Shown: positions 9,681-19,099, counted from the first letter of the stretch. The stretch is 64,000 bases of DNA from Bacteroidaceae bacterium (GCA_017507385.1 JAFWAX010000013.1:1-64000), one strand, 5' to 3'. Made by a program: numbers and translations. Notes: generated from the letters alone by a model not told the origin.

Positions 9681-9752
9681 ATCGGAGTGCCCCACATCGA
9701 CATTGCGGTGTGGGGCACTCCGATTATACGGTGTGGGGCACATCGATTTTAC
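9681..9752. repeat. hairpin repeat family B, copy 1 (GTGCCCCACA...TGTGGGGCAC), bidirectional terminator-like element
   Basis: CGGAGTGCCCCACAtcgacattgcgGTGTGGGGCACTCCG perfect stem plus a half-copy. Related copy at 36342..36390. Sits between convergent genes. Confidence 0.6.
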
Positions 9753-9772
9753 GGCAAACTCTTCAAGAAAAT

Positions 9773-10501
9773 TCACCCCATGGCATCGGATTTTTTGATG
9801 CGCGCCAAATAGTCATCATGCTGTCCTTTAATAATAACTTCAACAGAATAGCCATGCTGTTCAGCCTGCGCTGACAGCGTTTCGGCATCGACATACAACC
9901 ACGGGAAGGGGTTGCCCACAATATTCTTGTATTGCATTCGATAGGAGAGTTCACCATAATAGCCATCGGCGTCGGGAAACTCAATTGTTCCGTCCTCATC
10001 CTCAAACACATACTGAATGTCAGACGAGTCGCAGACGACCTGTCCTCCAGGGGCGAGAATGCTGTCCAGCAACTGAAAGAATCGCGGCATATTCAGAAGT
10101 GTGCCCACGATACCGATGCCATTCATGAGCATCAGAATCGTATCGAATTGGGTGTCAAGACTGAAGAAGTCTGCAAGACGAGCATTCTGCACGCCTCGTG
10201 CCTGCATCACCTCTACAGAAAGGGGCGAAATGTCGATAGCTGTCACATCAATCCCTCTGCCTTGAAGCGCAAGGGCATGGCAGCCAGCACCTGCACCCAC
10301 ATCAAGCGTTTTTCCCTGAGCCATACGAAGAGCTTCCTGTTCTATGGATGACATCTCTTCGACTGTACGGAACAAATGCGGAACGGGAATCTCGTCCTCG
10401 TCAAACATGGGCGAGAATACACGAAGCCTGCCTGCTTTCCCATTTTTCCAATAGTCGGCAATGGCTTTCCCCATAGGGTCTTTTTCCTTGCGGAGTATCA
10501 T
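9773..10501 (-). CDS. class I SAM-dependent methyltransferase
   Basis: Motif I LDVGAGAGCHALAL. 242 aa. Confidence 0.7.
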   Translation of the reverse strand: MILRKEKDPMGKAIADYWKNGKAGRLRVFSPMFDEDEIPVPHLFRTVEEMSSIEQEALRMAQGKTLDVGAGAGCHALALQGRGIDVTAIDISPLSVEVMQARGVQNARLADFFSLDTQFDTILMLMNGIGIVGTLLNMPRFFQLLDSILAPGGQVVCDSSDIQYVFEDEDGTIEFPDADGYYGELSYRMQYKNIVGNPFPWLYVDAETLSAQAEQHGYSVEVIIKGQHDDYLARIKKSDAMG

Positions 10502-10503
10502 GG

Positions 10504-10788
10504 CTACAGGGGTTTAGCAAACATGGCGTCTAATTCCTGCTGAGTGAAAGGACATGGCTCTTTCTGAATCTTAGCAAGCTGAAACTGGTGGATGGCATTC
10601 ATCACAGACTCTTCGGTGAAACACTTGAAGAGCATTTCGTTGAGCTGGTCGAGACGCTGGACATCTGCAGGCGAGAAGAGTGCACACTCGCTGTAGCTAT
10701 GCCCCTTCTGCGGCATCACGTCGTGATAATAGTAAGACCAGACGAGGAATTTCATGCACACGTCGGGCGTCATCAGTATGTCGTGCAT
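10504..10788 (-). CDS. small hypothetical protein (94 aa)
   Basis: Tightly spaced between the PPIase (4 nt gap) and the methyltransferase (2 nt gap) on the same strand, which argues for a real operon member. Confidence 0.45.
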   Translation of the reverse strand: MHDILMTPDVCMKFLVWSYYYHDVMPQKGHSYSECALFSPADVQRLDQLNEMLFKCFTEESVMNAIHQFQLAKIQKEPCPFTQQELDAMFAKPL

Positions 10789-10792
10789 AGCT

Positions 10793-11533
10793 TTATTCCT
10801 CTACAATGCTAACATTCATGAAGATGTCTTCTTTCGGACGGTCGCCTGGACGGGTGGCAGCTTCCTGTATCTTGCCCACAATGTCAAGCCCCTCTATGAC
10901 TTCTCCAAAAACAGTATATTGTCCATCAAGATGGGGTGTGCCGCCTGTAGTTGAGTAGATTTGCTGCTGTGCCTCGGTGAGCCCCTGCGAAGGTTGCTCG
11001 GCTGCAATGGCTTGAGTCTGTGCCACAAGGTCATTCTGTAATTCCATCAGCCCCTCTTGGTCGCGATTGCGCCGCAATTCCATAATCTTGGCACGATTCT
11101 CGGCCACCAGCTGATTGAATATTTGCTGCTGTGCCTGCATCTCTATCTGCTTGCTGAGCTGCTTCATCTGGCCAGCATTGTAAGTCTGCCCCCAAACGAT
11201 GTAGAACTGAGAACCGCTGCTGCGTCGCTCTGGATTCACTTCGTCACCCTGACGTGCAGCCGCAAGTGCTCCACGCTTGTGGTAGAGTCCTGGCTTGATT
11301 TCTGCCTCTATCGTGTAGTCGGGGCCACCTGTTCCGTAGCGTCCTTCTGGCGTAGGATTCTTTGAGTCAGGGTCGCCGCCTTGTATCATGAAGTTCTTGA
11401 TGACACGATGGAAAATGGTGCCATCGTAATAGCCCTCCTTTGCCAACTTGACAAAGTTGTCGCGATGGAGCGGCGTCTCGTCATAGAGACGAACGATGAT
11501 ATCACCGAGAGATGTTGAAATTTTTGCTTTCAT
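10793..11533 (-). CDS. peptidyl-prolyl cis-trans isomerase, cyclophilin type with an inserted coiled region
   Basis: From MKAKISTSLGDIIVRLYDETPLHRDNFVKLAKEGYYDGTIFHRVIKNFMIQGGDP, the cyclophilin signature, ending ..QYTVFGEVIEGLDIV. Confidence 0.8.
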   Translation of the reverse strand: MKAKISTSLGDIIVRLYDETPLHRDNFVKLAKEGYYDGTIFHRVIKNFMIQGGDPDSKNPTPEGRYGTGGPDYTIEAEIKPGLYHKRGALAAARQGDEVNPERRSSGSQFYIVWGQTYNAGQMKQLSKQIEMQAQQQIFNQLVAENRAKIMELRRNRDQEGLMELQNDLVAQTQAIAAEQPSQGLTEAQQQIYSTTGGTPHLDGQYTVFGEVIEGLDIVGKIQEAATRPGDRPKEDIFMNVSIVEE

Positions 11534-11621
11534 ATTGTTCTTCCATATGCTTGTTTTAATGGGGATGAGCCAACTCAACAGCGACTCATCCCCATTAAAT
11601 ATTGATGAATATTCGATTACC

Positions 11622-11790
11622 TTGTTAAAGTTTTCGCAAATTGTTCAAAGTCTTTGTAGTTAAGGAGTTAAGTAGTTATCGCTGCGCTCGTCCTGCGGAC
11701 AGTAGTTAAGCCGTTAGCCTTTCGGGGTATGGCTTACCGACGCCAAGTATCGGCTTTACTTCTTAACTACTTAACTTCTAACTCTCCATC
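11622..11790. repeat. structured intergenic repeat family A, copy 2 (inverted relative to copy 1)
   Basis: Reverse complement aligns with 7851..8012 at about 90% identity with small indels. Confidence 0.8.
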
Positions 11791-11812
11791 TTTTTCAGGA
11801 AGTTGAGTTTCC

Positions 11813-13435
11813 TTACTTCAGTGTGAGCACCACAAGACTCTTTGCTGGCACCTTCACGCTGAGTACACCCTGCTCAATCTGTGCACCTGTAAAGTCGGCA
11901 GGTGCTACGCGATTTGGATTCTCGAAGTCGTTGTAGTCTGCCACATTTGCACTGGTGAGAATGCGTCCGCTAACCGTCTGCACCTCAGCTCCCTCGAGGT
12001 TGACTGTCACATCCTGCTCTTCGTCAAGAGACACGTTAGTAAGTGCCACAACGATGTCGCCTTCCTGTGTCTTTGCTGCAGATGCGCTGAGCAATGGAAG
12101 TGTGCGGTAAGTTTCTGCATTGGCTGCATCAAACTCTTCTTTCCAGTTGCGACGTACCTTTATCTCGTCGCAAGTAATGTCGAGAGGCAGATATGTTGCT
12201 TCTTGGAATGGAGTGTACATCTGGAACACATGGTAAGTTGGTGTGAGCACCATGTGGCCTGTACCCTCCTGATCTGTAAGAATCATTGACTGGAGCACGT
12301 TCACAACCTGTGCGATGTTACACATGCGGATGCGGTCTGTGTGGCGATGGAACACGTCAAGAGAAAGGGATGCCACGAAAGCATCGCGGAGCGCATTCTG
12401 CTGATAGAGATGACCCTTAATGGTGCCTGGCTCTTCATCCCACCATGTACCCCATTCGTCAACAAGAAGATCGATTTTCTTTTCAGGGTCAGCTTCGTCC
12501 ATGATTGCCTTGTGCTTCTTGATAACCTCTTCAATTTCAAGGCACTTGCCCATAGTCCAATAGTAGTCTGTATCGCTAAATTCAGTAGATGAACCCTTAG
12601 AGCCATCCCAGCCTGTTACAGTATAATAGTGGAGGCTGACACCATCCATGAGACCGCCGATATTCTCCATGAGCACCTTAGTCCAATTGTAATCATAGTC
12701 AGTTGCTCCCGAACCAACCTTGTAAAGCTGGTTACCATCATAGTTGCGGCAATACACGCTGTAACGACGATAGAGGTCGGCATAATACTCAGGACGCATA
12801 TTTCCTCCGCATCCCCAAGACTCGTTTCCGACACCCAGATATTTTACTTTCCAAGCCTTGTCACGACCGTTCTGGCGACGCAGTTTAGCCATTGGTGTAT
12901 CACCGTCAGAAGTCATATACTCAACCCACTTAGCCAGTTCTTCCACTGTACCAGAACCTACGTTTCCGCTGATGTAAGGTTCGCACTCCAGCATTTCACA
13001 AAGATTCAGGAACTCATGAGTACCGAATGAGTTGTCCTCAATGGTGCCACCCCAGTTATTGTTCTGCATCTTTGGACGATTCTCCTTAGGACCGATACCA
13101 TCCATCCAATGATATTCATCGGCGAAACAGCCTCCTGGCCAGCGCAACACTGGCACCTTAAGAGCCTTGAGGGCCTCAAACACATCTTTGCGGTAGCCAT
13201 TGATGTTAGGAATTTGGGAATTCTCTCCTACCCACAAGCCACCATAAATACATGAACCCAGATGCTCTGCAAACTGGCCGTAAATTTCCTTGTAAATCTT
13301 CTGTGTACCCTGGTCTGCATGGATGGTCACAGTCACATCCTTGTCAGAAGCAGCATTTGAACCTGCATCAGTGCCTTTGCAGCCAAAGAATGCCATCGTC
13401 ATAGCGACAGCCGATAACATAAATAATTTCTTCAT
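11813..13435 (-). CDS. alpha-L-arabinofuranosidase, glycoside hydrolase family 51, lipoprotein
   Basis: 540 aa. Signal MKKLFMLSAVAMTMAFFGC. GH51-like segments (VLRWPGGCFADEYHW, YLGVGNESWGCGG). Confidence 0.75.
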   Translation of the reverse strand: MKKLFMLSAVAMTMAFFGCKGTDAGSNAASDKDVTVTIHADQGTQKIYKEIYGQFAEHLGSCIYGGLWVGENSQIPNINGYRKDVFEALKALKVPVLRWPGGCFADEYHWMDGIGPKENRPKMQNNNWGGTIEDNSFGTHEFLNLCEMLECEPYISGNVGSGTVEELAKWVEYMTSDGDTPMAKLRRQNGRDKAWKVKYLGVGNESWGCGGNMRPEYYADLYRRYSVYCRNYDGNQLYKVGSGATDYDYNWTKVLMENIGGLMDGVSLHYYTVTGWDGSKGSSTEFSDTDYYWTMGKCLEIEEVIKKHKAIMDEADPEKKIDLLVDEWGTWWDEEPGTIKGHLYQQNALRDAFVASLSLDVFHRHTDRIRMCNIAQVVNVLQSMILTDQEGTGHMVLTPTYHVFQMYTPFQEATYLPLDITCDEIKVRRNWKEEFDAANAETYRTLPLLSASAAKTQEGDIVVALTNVSLDEEQDVTVNLEGAEVQTVSGRILTSANVADYNDFENPNRVAPADFTGAQIEQGVLSVKVPAKSLVVLTLK

Positions 13436-13602
13436 TGGTCTTGGTTTTAGATATTTATAATACTCAAATATTCAATCATTTGAACGCACATTTCATCTTC
13501 ACGTTGGCAAAGATACACAAAAATATCATCGCATCCAACCCTTCTGCCCAAAACTTCTCACCTTATATGAATTATTGTGTCTTTTTTTCTTACAGAGTCT
13601 GC

Positions 13603-14124
13603 TCAATCCGCCTCATAAGGAAAATGTTCCACATCCTCAGCAGCCACGCTCCGGCCTTCTTCGTCGCCAGCGGCATATCGGATGGATGCTCCCTTGTTCT
13701 CCAATGCAATAAGATTCAATGTACGCAAAAGCCCCTGCAACGTCTTCTCCCGCTCTTTGGGCTTAAGCTGGCATTCCCAAATCTCGACCGTATGCCATCC
13801 CTGCGCCTTCAAAGCCATCCGCACTTCATGGTCACGTGCCCGGTTGCGCGCCACCTTTCCCGTCCAATAATCCACATTCGATTTCGGAACGGTGTACAGC
13901 GAGCAACCCTCATGCCCATGCCAGAAGCATCCATTGATGAAGATGCAGGTGCGCAGCCCCACAATAGCCAAATCAGGCGTACCTGGAAGAGTTTTGGCAT
14001 GAATGCGGTAGCGAAAGCCTTGGCTGAACAGGAAACGGCGCACCAGCATTTCCGGCCGCGTATTCTTCGACCTGATTCTGCGCATGCAATTGCTTCTCTG
14101 TTCGGGAGTCATTCTCTCTGCCAT
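13603..14124 (-). CDS. vsr: very-short-patch repair endonuclease (Vsr)
   Basis: MTPEQRSNCMRRIRSKNTRPE...FINGCFWHGHEGC...WTGKVARNRARD...GWHTVEIWECQ matches the Vsr family. GC visibly higher than flanking DNA. Confidence 0.8.
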   Translation of the reverse strand: MAERMTPEQRSNCMRRIRSKNTRPEMLVRRFLFSQGFRYRIHAKTLPGTPDLAIVGLRTCIFINGCFWHGHEGCSLYTVPKSNVDYWTGKVARNRARDHEVRMALKAQGWHTVEIWECQLKPKEREKTLQGLLRTLNLIALENKGASIRYAAGDEEGRSVAAEDVEHFPYEAD

Positions 14125-14365
14125 ACAAAAAACACGATACAAAATCTATCAACACGAAAGCTATTCAACGGAAACCAGCAAAAACAGCACAAACAAAAAA
14201 GCCTGTGGCAAATCGCCTTCGCGAACTGACATTTTGTAGATAATTGTTTGATTTCTTTTGGCAAAGTTACGGATTATGCACCATTTTAGCAATTGTTTTC
14301 AAGGAAATTATTGCTGTCCAGCAAACATATTTTTGGGGATAGCACACCTTACGGATGCATCAAAA

Positions 14366-14400
14366 AGAAAGCACCGATGATCATCAATCATCGATGCCTT
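14366..14400 (-). terminator. terminator hairpin downstream of tRNA-Pro
   Basis: Minus-strand GCATCGATGAT-tgat-GATCATCGGTGC (11 bp stem, one G.U pair) followed by TTTCTTTTT. Confidence 0.45.
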
Positions 14401-14404
14401 ATGA

Positions 14405-14481
14405 TGGTCGGGAAGACCAGACTCGAACTGGCGACCACACGCCCCCCAGACGTGTACGCTAACCAACTGCGCTACTTCCCG
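14405..14481 (-). tRNA. tRNA-Pro (anticodon GGG), CCA encoded
   Basis: Reverse complement CGGGAAGTAGCGCAGTTGGTTAGCGTACACGTCTGGGGGGCGTGTGGTCGCCAGTTCGAGTCTGGTCTTCCCGACCA. Acceptor CGGGAAG/CTTCCCG, anticodon stem CACGT/GCGTG, loop CTGGGGG. Confidence 0.8.
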
Positions 14482-14720
14482 GAGATTGCACTGGGAACTC
14501 TTGTTCCGTGAAATCGGGCACAAAGGTACGCTTTTTTTTCAACAAAACAAGAATGCACGTCTTTTTTTAGACGAAAAACGTATAGAAATGCTGTTTTTCA
14601 AGCAAAAAGCAAAGCGGTTGTTATACAGCATGCGGTTGTTTGACTGGACAACGGACAAAACGCACAAGCACAGAACCGTAAAAACAGCCAAACAACCGCA
14701 CACCAATTCCTCGCACTGAT

Positions 14721-15347
14721 TTACTTCACATATCCTACCGGATTGTTAAGCACTGGAATCAGGTTTTCGTTCAGTCCCAGAAGCGAGCTGATAGCCTTCT
14801 GGTCCATTGTCCCGCGTGTCACGGTTGCCAATCCTGCTGCCGAGCAGAAAAGATTGATATTCTGAGTCACGATGCCGGCATCAGCGCCAACCATCCACTG
14901 TGCGTTCGCTCCCTTCATGGCAAATTTTTCCATGTCAGCCACCATCAGCAGAGATACAGGAGCTGCCTTTGCAAAGTCTTGTCCTGCAGCCACGATGCCG
15001 CGATGGTCACCTTCAGCCACTTGGGTGAGCGAATGCTTTTGCGGGTCATAAAGCATCACGTTCTTGCTGGTAAAAACATAAAGGCGAATTTCCTGACGGT
15101 TCATCGCTGTAGGCGAAGTCAGTCTTCCGTCCTCACGGTTTTTGCCCTGCGCTGCCCAAAGCAAGTCGCTCAGGTCTTGGTCAGACAGCATTTTCGCGCT
15201 GTACTCGCGAACAGACTTGCGCTGCTTGAATGACTCCATCACTGTCAGCGTCTTGCGCTGCAAGTTGGGTTCTGGCAAATTCTTTGTCTGGGCGAAACAT
15301 ACCGTGCCCATCAGCAGCAATGCTGCCATAAGTGCTAATTTCTTCAT
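14721..15347 (-). CDS. nitroreductase-family protein with signal peptide
   Basis: From MKKLALMAALLLMGTVCFAQ. Nitroreductase-fold pattern (RKSVREYS, LLWAAQG). Confidence 0.6.
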   Translation of the reverse strand: MKKLALMAALLLMGTVCFAQTKNLPEPNLQRKTLTVMESFKQRKSVREYSAKMLSDQDLSDLLWAAQGKNREDGRLTSPTAMNRQEIRLYVFTSKNVMLYDPQKHSLTQVAEGDHRGIVAAGQDFAKAAPVSLLMVADMEKFAMKGANAQWMVGADAGIVTQNINLFCSAAGLATVTRGTMDQKAISSLLGLNENLIPVLNNPVGYVK

Positions 15348-15573
15348 GTGTTTTGGGTTTTGAGTTTGTAAATTTAAGATTTTTATGATTTTAATACTTT
15401 CGCAAATTCCGCTTGCCTTGCAGATTGAAGAAGTCAGCAAGAGCATGACGGACACAAAGGGAGATAGAAGACTTTGTTACGGAATAGATGCAGATAAAGC
15501 TATGCCCTCCCCCCATCTTTTTCCTTCACACCTCATCTTTCCATATTCACTTAACTCACACAACTTGAATAAC

Positions 15574-16032
15574 TTATCCTATTGCTTCCAATATCTGTTC
15601 AGCATGGATTTTTGTCTTGATGTCCTTAGGCGTGAAGATTTTCTCCACCACGCCCTCTTCATCGACAAGGAAAGTGGTGCGCAACGTGCCCTCAACCTTC
15701 TTTCCGCACATGGTCTTTTCTCCCCATGCACCAAGGGCATGAAGCAACGATTTGTCAGTGTCGGCAATCAGCGAGAACGGGAGTTCGTACTTCTCGATGA
15801 ACTTCTGATGACTCGCCGCAGAGTCTTTGCTGACACCCACCACCGAATAGCCCGCCTGCTGCAATTCGGTGTAGTGTTCCTTGAGCGAACAAGCCTCAGC
15901 CGTGCATCCGCTGGTGTTGTCCTTAGGATAAGCATAAAGAATAAATTTGCAGCCCTTCAGCTGAGTCAGCGTCACCTCTTCGCCTTTCTCGTTTCGGCCA
16001 AGCAGTTCAGGCAATTTGTCTCCTACTTTCAT
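15574..16032 (-). CDS. bcp: thiol peroxidase Bcp (peroxiredoxin Q)
   Basis: MKVGDKLPELLG...KFILYAYPKDNTSGCTAEAC, the Bcp motif. The longest ORF starts at 16116. Confidence 0.85.
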   Translation of the reverse strand: MKVGDKLPELLGRNEKGEEVTLTQLKGCKFILYAYPKDNTSGCTAEACSLKEHYTELQQAGYSVVGVSKDSAASHQKFIEKYELPFSLIADTDKSLLHALGAWGEKTMCGKKVEGTLRTTFLVDEEGVVEKIFTPKDIKTKIHAEQILEAIG

Positions 16033-16175
16033 CTGATACACAAAATTAAAACATGATTCTGCTGCAAAAATAACGAATAAAACCACAAAAATGTATTTTC
16101 TTCTACAAAAATTCATTTTTTCTCCCTACATTTGCCCTAAAAGAACATGTTCAACCCTTAACCTTCAAACGCCCA

Positions 16176-16922
16176 ATGGCAACATTCTGGACAAAGAAAA
16201 ACGAAGACATAGAAAACGAGAAGACGGCAGCCCCCTGGAGCGAGGCGTTCGTGAAAGGCAATCAACACACTCCACGCCGACGCCCGCTGAGAGCTGTCTT
16301 GTTTGACCTCGATGGCACACTGGTTGACACAGAAGACCAATACACAATCTTCTGGGGTGCGACAGCACAAAAGTATCGTCCTGATGTGCCACGTCTCGAA
16401 TACCTCATCAAAGGAACAACCCTCACACAGATTTTCGACACCTATTTCCCTGACCCTCAATGGCAGAAGGAGATAACCGAAGCTCTCGACCAATGGGAAG
16501 CGCAGATGCGATATGACTTCTATCCCGGCGCTCTCGATTTTGTCAGCGACCTGAAACGCAACGGCGTGAAATGCGCCATCGTCACCAGCTCCAACCTTCC
16601 CAAAATCAACAGCGTCAGGCAGCAGATACCCAACTTCGACAGCCTCTTCGACAAGATTCTCACGGCAGAAGACTTCACAGCCTCCAAGCCCGCCCCCGAC
16701 TGCTATCTGCTTGGGGCGCGCACGTTTGATGCCGAAATCGACGAATGCGTTGTTTTTGAAGATGCCTACACGGGGCTTCAGGCGGGTATGTCCTCAGGCA
16801 TTTTCACTGTCGGTTTGCCAACAGGACACACCAAAGAAGAGATTCAAGACAGATGCAACTATGTGCTCGACAGCTTTGAAGGCATGACATACGAACGCCT
16901 AGTATCGCTACTGGAAAAGTAA
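16176..16922 (+). CDS. HAD-IA family hydrolase (beta-phosphoglucomutase-like)
   Basis: Motif I AVLFDLDGTLVDTE. C-terminal VVFEDAYTGLQAG motif. Confidence 0.7.
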   Translation: MATFWTKKNEDIENEKTAAPWSEAFVKGNQHTPRRRPLRAVLFDLDGTLVDTEDQYTIFWGATAQKYRPDVPRLEYLIKGTTLTQIFDTYFPDPQWQKEITEALDQWEAQMRYDFYPGALDFVSDLKRNGVKCAIVTSSNLPKINSVRQQIPNFDSLFDKILTAEDFTASKPAPDCYLLGARTFDAEIDECVVFEDAYTGLQAGMSSGIFTVGLPTGHTKEEIQDRCNYVLDSFEGMTYERLVSLLEK

Positions 16923-16943
16923 GTAGATATGGCTCGCAAAAAT

Positions 16944-17113
16944 GCTAAACGCCAAATGCCAAATAAGCGTGAAATGGGTGCTTATTATATATTATATATA
17001 ATATATTATTATCCTTTTACCAATATCCCTTATTCCCTTATATAATTATTAATATTATAAGGACGGTGAAGCGCCTTATTTCTTATTTGGCATTTGGCAT
17101 TTTGGCGTTTGGC
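16944..17113. repeat. palindromic element A: imperfect ~26-40 bp terminal inverted repeats (gctaaacgccaaatgccaaataagcg / cgccttatttcttatttggcatttggcattttggcgtttggc) flanking a ~100 bp AT-rich core with its own palindrome
   Basis: Read directly from the sequence. MITE-like architecture. Confidence 0.6.
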
Positions 17114-17193
17114 TTCATGCAAACCTATAGCAGGCATGGGGAATTGCATTATTCCGTGTCCACACCCAGTTTTTTTTTCGGTGCTCGTCACCG

Positions 17194-17449
17194 CTATTAC
17201 GATGAAGGATGCTGCGTAATTAACGTGAGTTCGACGAATTAAAAAGTTGCATGAATTAACTTAAACAAAATAAGATTCGTGCTGTTTTAGCATGCACCGT
17301 GCGCATAATATTTAAAGCACCGCGCACGAAATATTTAAAAAACGGTGCTTTAAATATTATGCGCACGGTGGACGCGTAGAGAACAGCTTGCTTTATGCTA
17401 ATTCATCGAACTCTCGTTAATTACGATGAGGGGTGCGACGTAATTACGG
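17194..17449. repeat. palindromic element B: nested inverted repeats, including a perfect 28 bp stem (17295..17322 / 17343..17370) with a 20 nt loop
   Basis: caccgtgcgcataatatttaaagcaccg and its exact reverse complement. Outer inverted repeat cgtaattaacgtgagttcgacgaattaa / ttaattcatcgaactctcgttaattacg. Confidence 0.65.
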
Positions 17450-17458
17450 CAAGAGAAG

Positions 17459-18925
17459 TTACTGTTTCTTCACAGGGTCGCAAGTGACTCCACAGCCGAG
17501 CTTCTTGAATATTTTGCGGTCCACTTCGCTGAGCATGACGGTGCTGTGCACTTGGCATCCACGCAACTGAGGCAGCTGAGCGAGAGCCCGGCGGCAATTC
17601 TCATCGTGCTGCGAAAGCACAGAGATGGCCACAAGCACCTCGTCGGTGTGGAGCCGTGGATTATGTCCGCCAAGATATTCGATTTTTGTCTTCTGGATTG
17701 GCTCTATCATGCTCTGCGGAATGAGTTCGATTTCGTGGTCAATGCCAGCAAGGTACTTGGTGACATTGAGGAGGAGCGCCGCACAGCATCCAAGCAGCGG
17801 ACTCGACTTGGCTGTGATGATTGTGCCGTCTGAAAGTTCGATTGCTGCGGCTGTCTGTCCGCATTGCGCCTTCAGTTCATTGGCAGCCACAGTGGTGCGT
17901 CGGGTGGCAGTGGTGATTTTCGCCTGATTCATCAGGAGCTTAATCTTGTTCACCTCATTGTCGTTGCAATCCCCATCAGCCATCTTGTTGGTGGCATCAT
18001 AGTAGCGACGTATGATTTCGTCCTTGGAAGCTTGACAGCAGATGTCATCATCGGAGATACAGAACCCGACCATGTTGACACCCATATCAGTGGGCGACTT
18101 ATAGGGATTTTCACCATAGATTCCCTCAAAAAGGGCATTGAGAACAGGGAAAATCTCGATGTCACGATTGTAGTTGATAGCCACTTGCCCGTAAGCATCA
18201 AAGTGGAAGGGGTCAATCATGTTCACATCGTTAAGGTCGGCCGTAGCAGCCTCGTAGGCGATGTTGACAGGATGTTTCAAAGGCAGGCTCCACACAGGGA
18301 ATGTCTCGAACTTGGCATATCCAGCCCTCACGCCACGCTTGTTGTCGCTGTAGAGCTGGCTGAGACACACTGCCATCTTGCCGCTTCCCGGGCCTGGAGC
18401 CGTGACAATGACGAGGGGGCGTGTCGTCTCCACATAGTCGTTCTTGCCAAATCCCTCGTCTGAAGCGATGTGCTCGACATTGTGAGGATAGCCATCGATA
18501 AGGTAATGGCAATAGGACTTGATGCCCATGCGCTGGAGTCGCTGACGGTAGGCATCGGCAGACCGCTGCCCGTTGTAGCAGGTGATGACCACCGAACCCA
18601 CCATGAATCCGCGGTTGGTAAACTCATCGCGCAGGCGCAGCACGTCTTCATCATAAGTAATGCCGAGGTCGGAGCGCACCTTGTTCTTCTCAATGTCCTC
18701 GGCGCTAATGACGAGCACGATTTCGATGCTGTCGCTGAGCTGCTGAAACATGCAGAGCTTGCTGTCAGGCTTAAAGCCAGGCAGAACGCGAGAAGCATGG
18801 TTGTCGTCAAACAGCTTGCCGCCCAATTCAAGATAAAGTTTGCCGTCAAACTGGGCAATGCGCTGGCGGATGTGCTCCGATTGTATTTTGAGGTATTTTT
18901 CGTTATCGAACCCTATCTTCATCAT
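17459..18925 (-). CDS. DUF1846 (UPF0371) family protein, function unknown
   Basis: 488 aa. MMKIGFDNEKYLKIQSEHIRQRI..GKLYLELGGKLFDDNHASRVLPGF is characteristic of this conserved family of unknown function. Confidence 0.7.
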   Translation of the reverse strand: MMKIGFDNEKYLKIQSEHIRQRIAQFDGKLYLELGGKLFDDNHASRVLPGFKPDSKLCMFQQLSDSIEIVLVISAEDIEKNKVRSDLGITYDEDVLRLRDEFTNRGFMVGSVVITCYNGQRSADAYRQRLQRMGIKSYCHYLIDGYPHNVEHIASDEGFGKNDYVETTRPLVIVTAPGPGSGKMAVCLSQLYSDNKRGVRAGYAKFETFPVWSLPLKHPVNIAYEAATADLNDVNMIDPFHFDAYGQVAINYNRDIEIFPVLNALFEGIYGENPYKSPTDMGVNMVGFCISDDDICCQASKDEIIRRYYDATNKMADGDCNDNEVNKIKLLMNQAKITTATRRTTVAANELKAQCGQTAAAIELSDGTIITAKSSPLLGCCAALLLNVTKYLAGIDHEIELIPQSMIEPIQKTKIEYLGGHNPRLHTDEVLVAISVLSQHDENCRRALAQLPQLRGCQVHSTVMLSEVDRKIFKKLGCGVTCDPVKKQ

Positions 18926-19099
18926 GTCGGAAATTTATTTATTCTGGCTGCAAAGGTAGTAATTTTTTAGTTAGGAATGAGAAATGGAGAATGGGGAAAT
19001 GTTACTTTTCCATAAAAAATAGCATCCGACATGAAATAATTTTCCAATCCTGCCACCCATCTCATATTTTTTTAGTATCTTTGTGGAAAATTAAATAGC

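Noticed and set aside
9492-9776. ORFs 9492..9776(-) and 36115..36420(-) sharing the peptide KSMCPTP
   Set aside because: The shared peptide is an artefact of translating hairpin repeat family B. The ORFs lie in intergenic terminator regions.
14308-14523. 71 aa ORF overlapping tRNA-Pro
   Set aside because: Spurious ORF that coincides with the tRNA-Pro gene.
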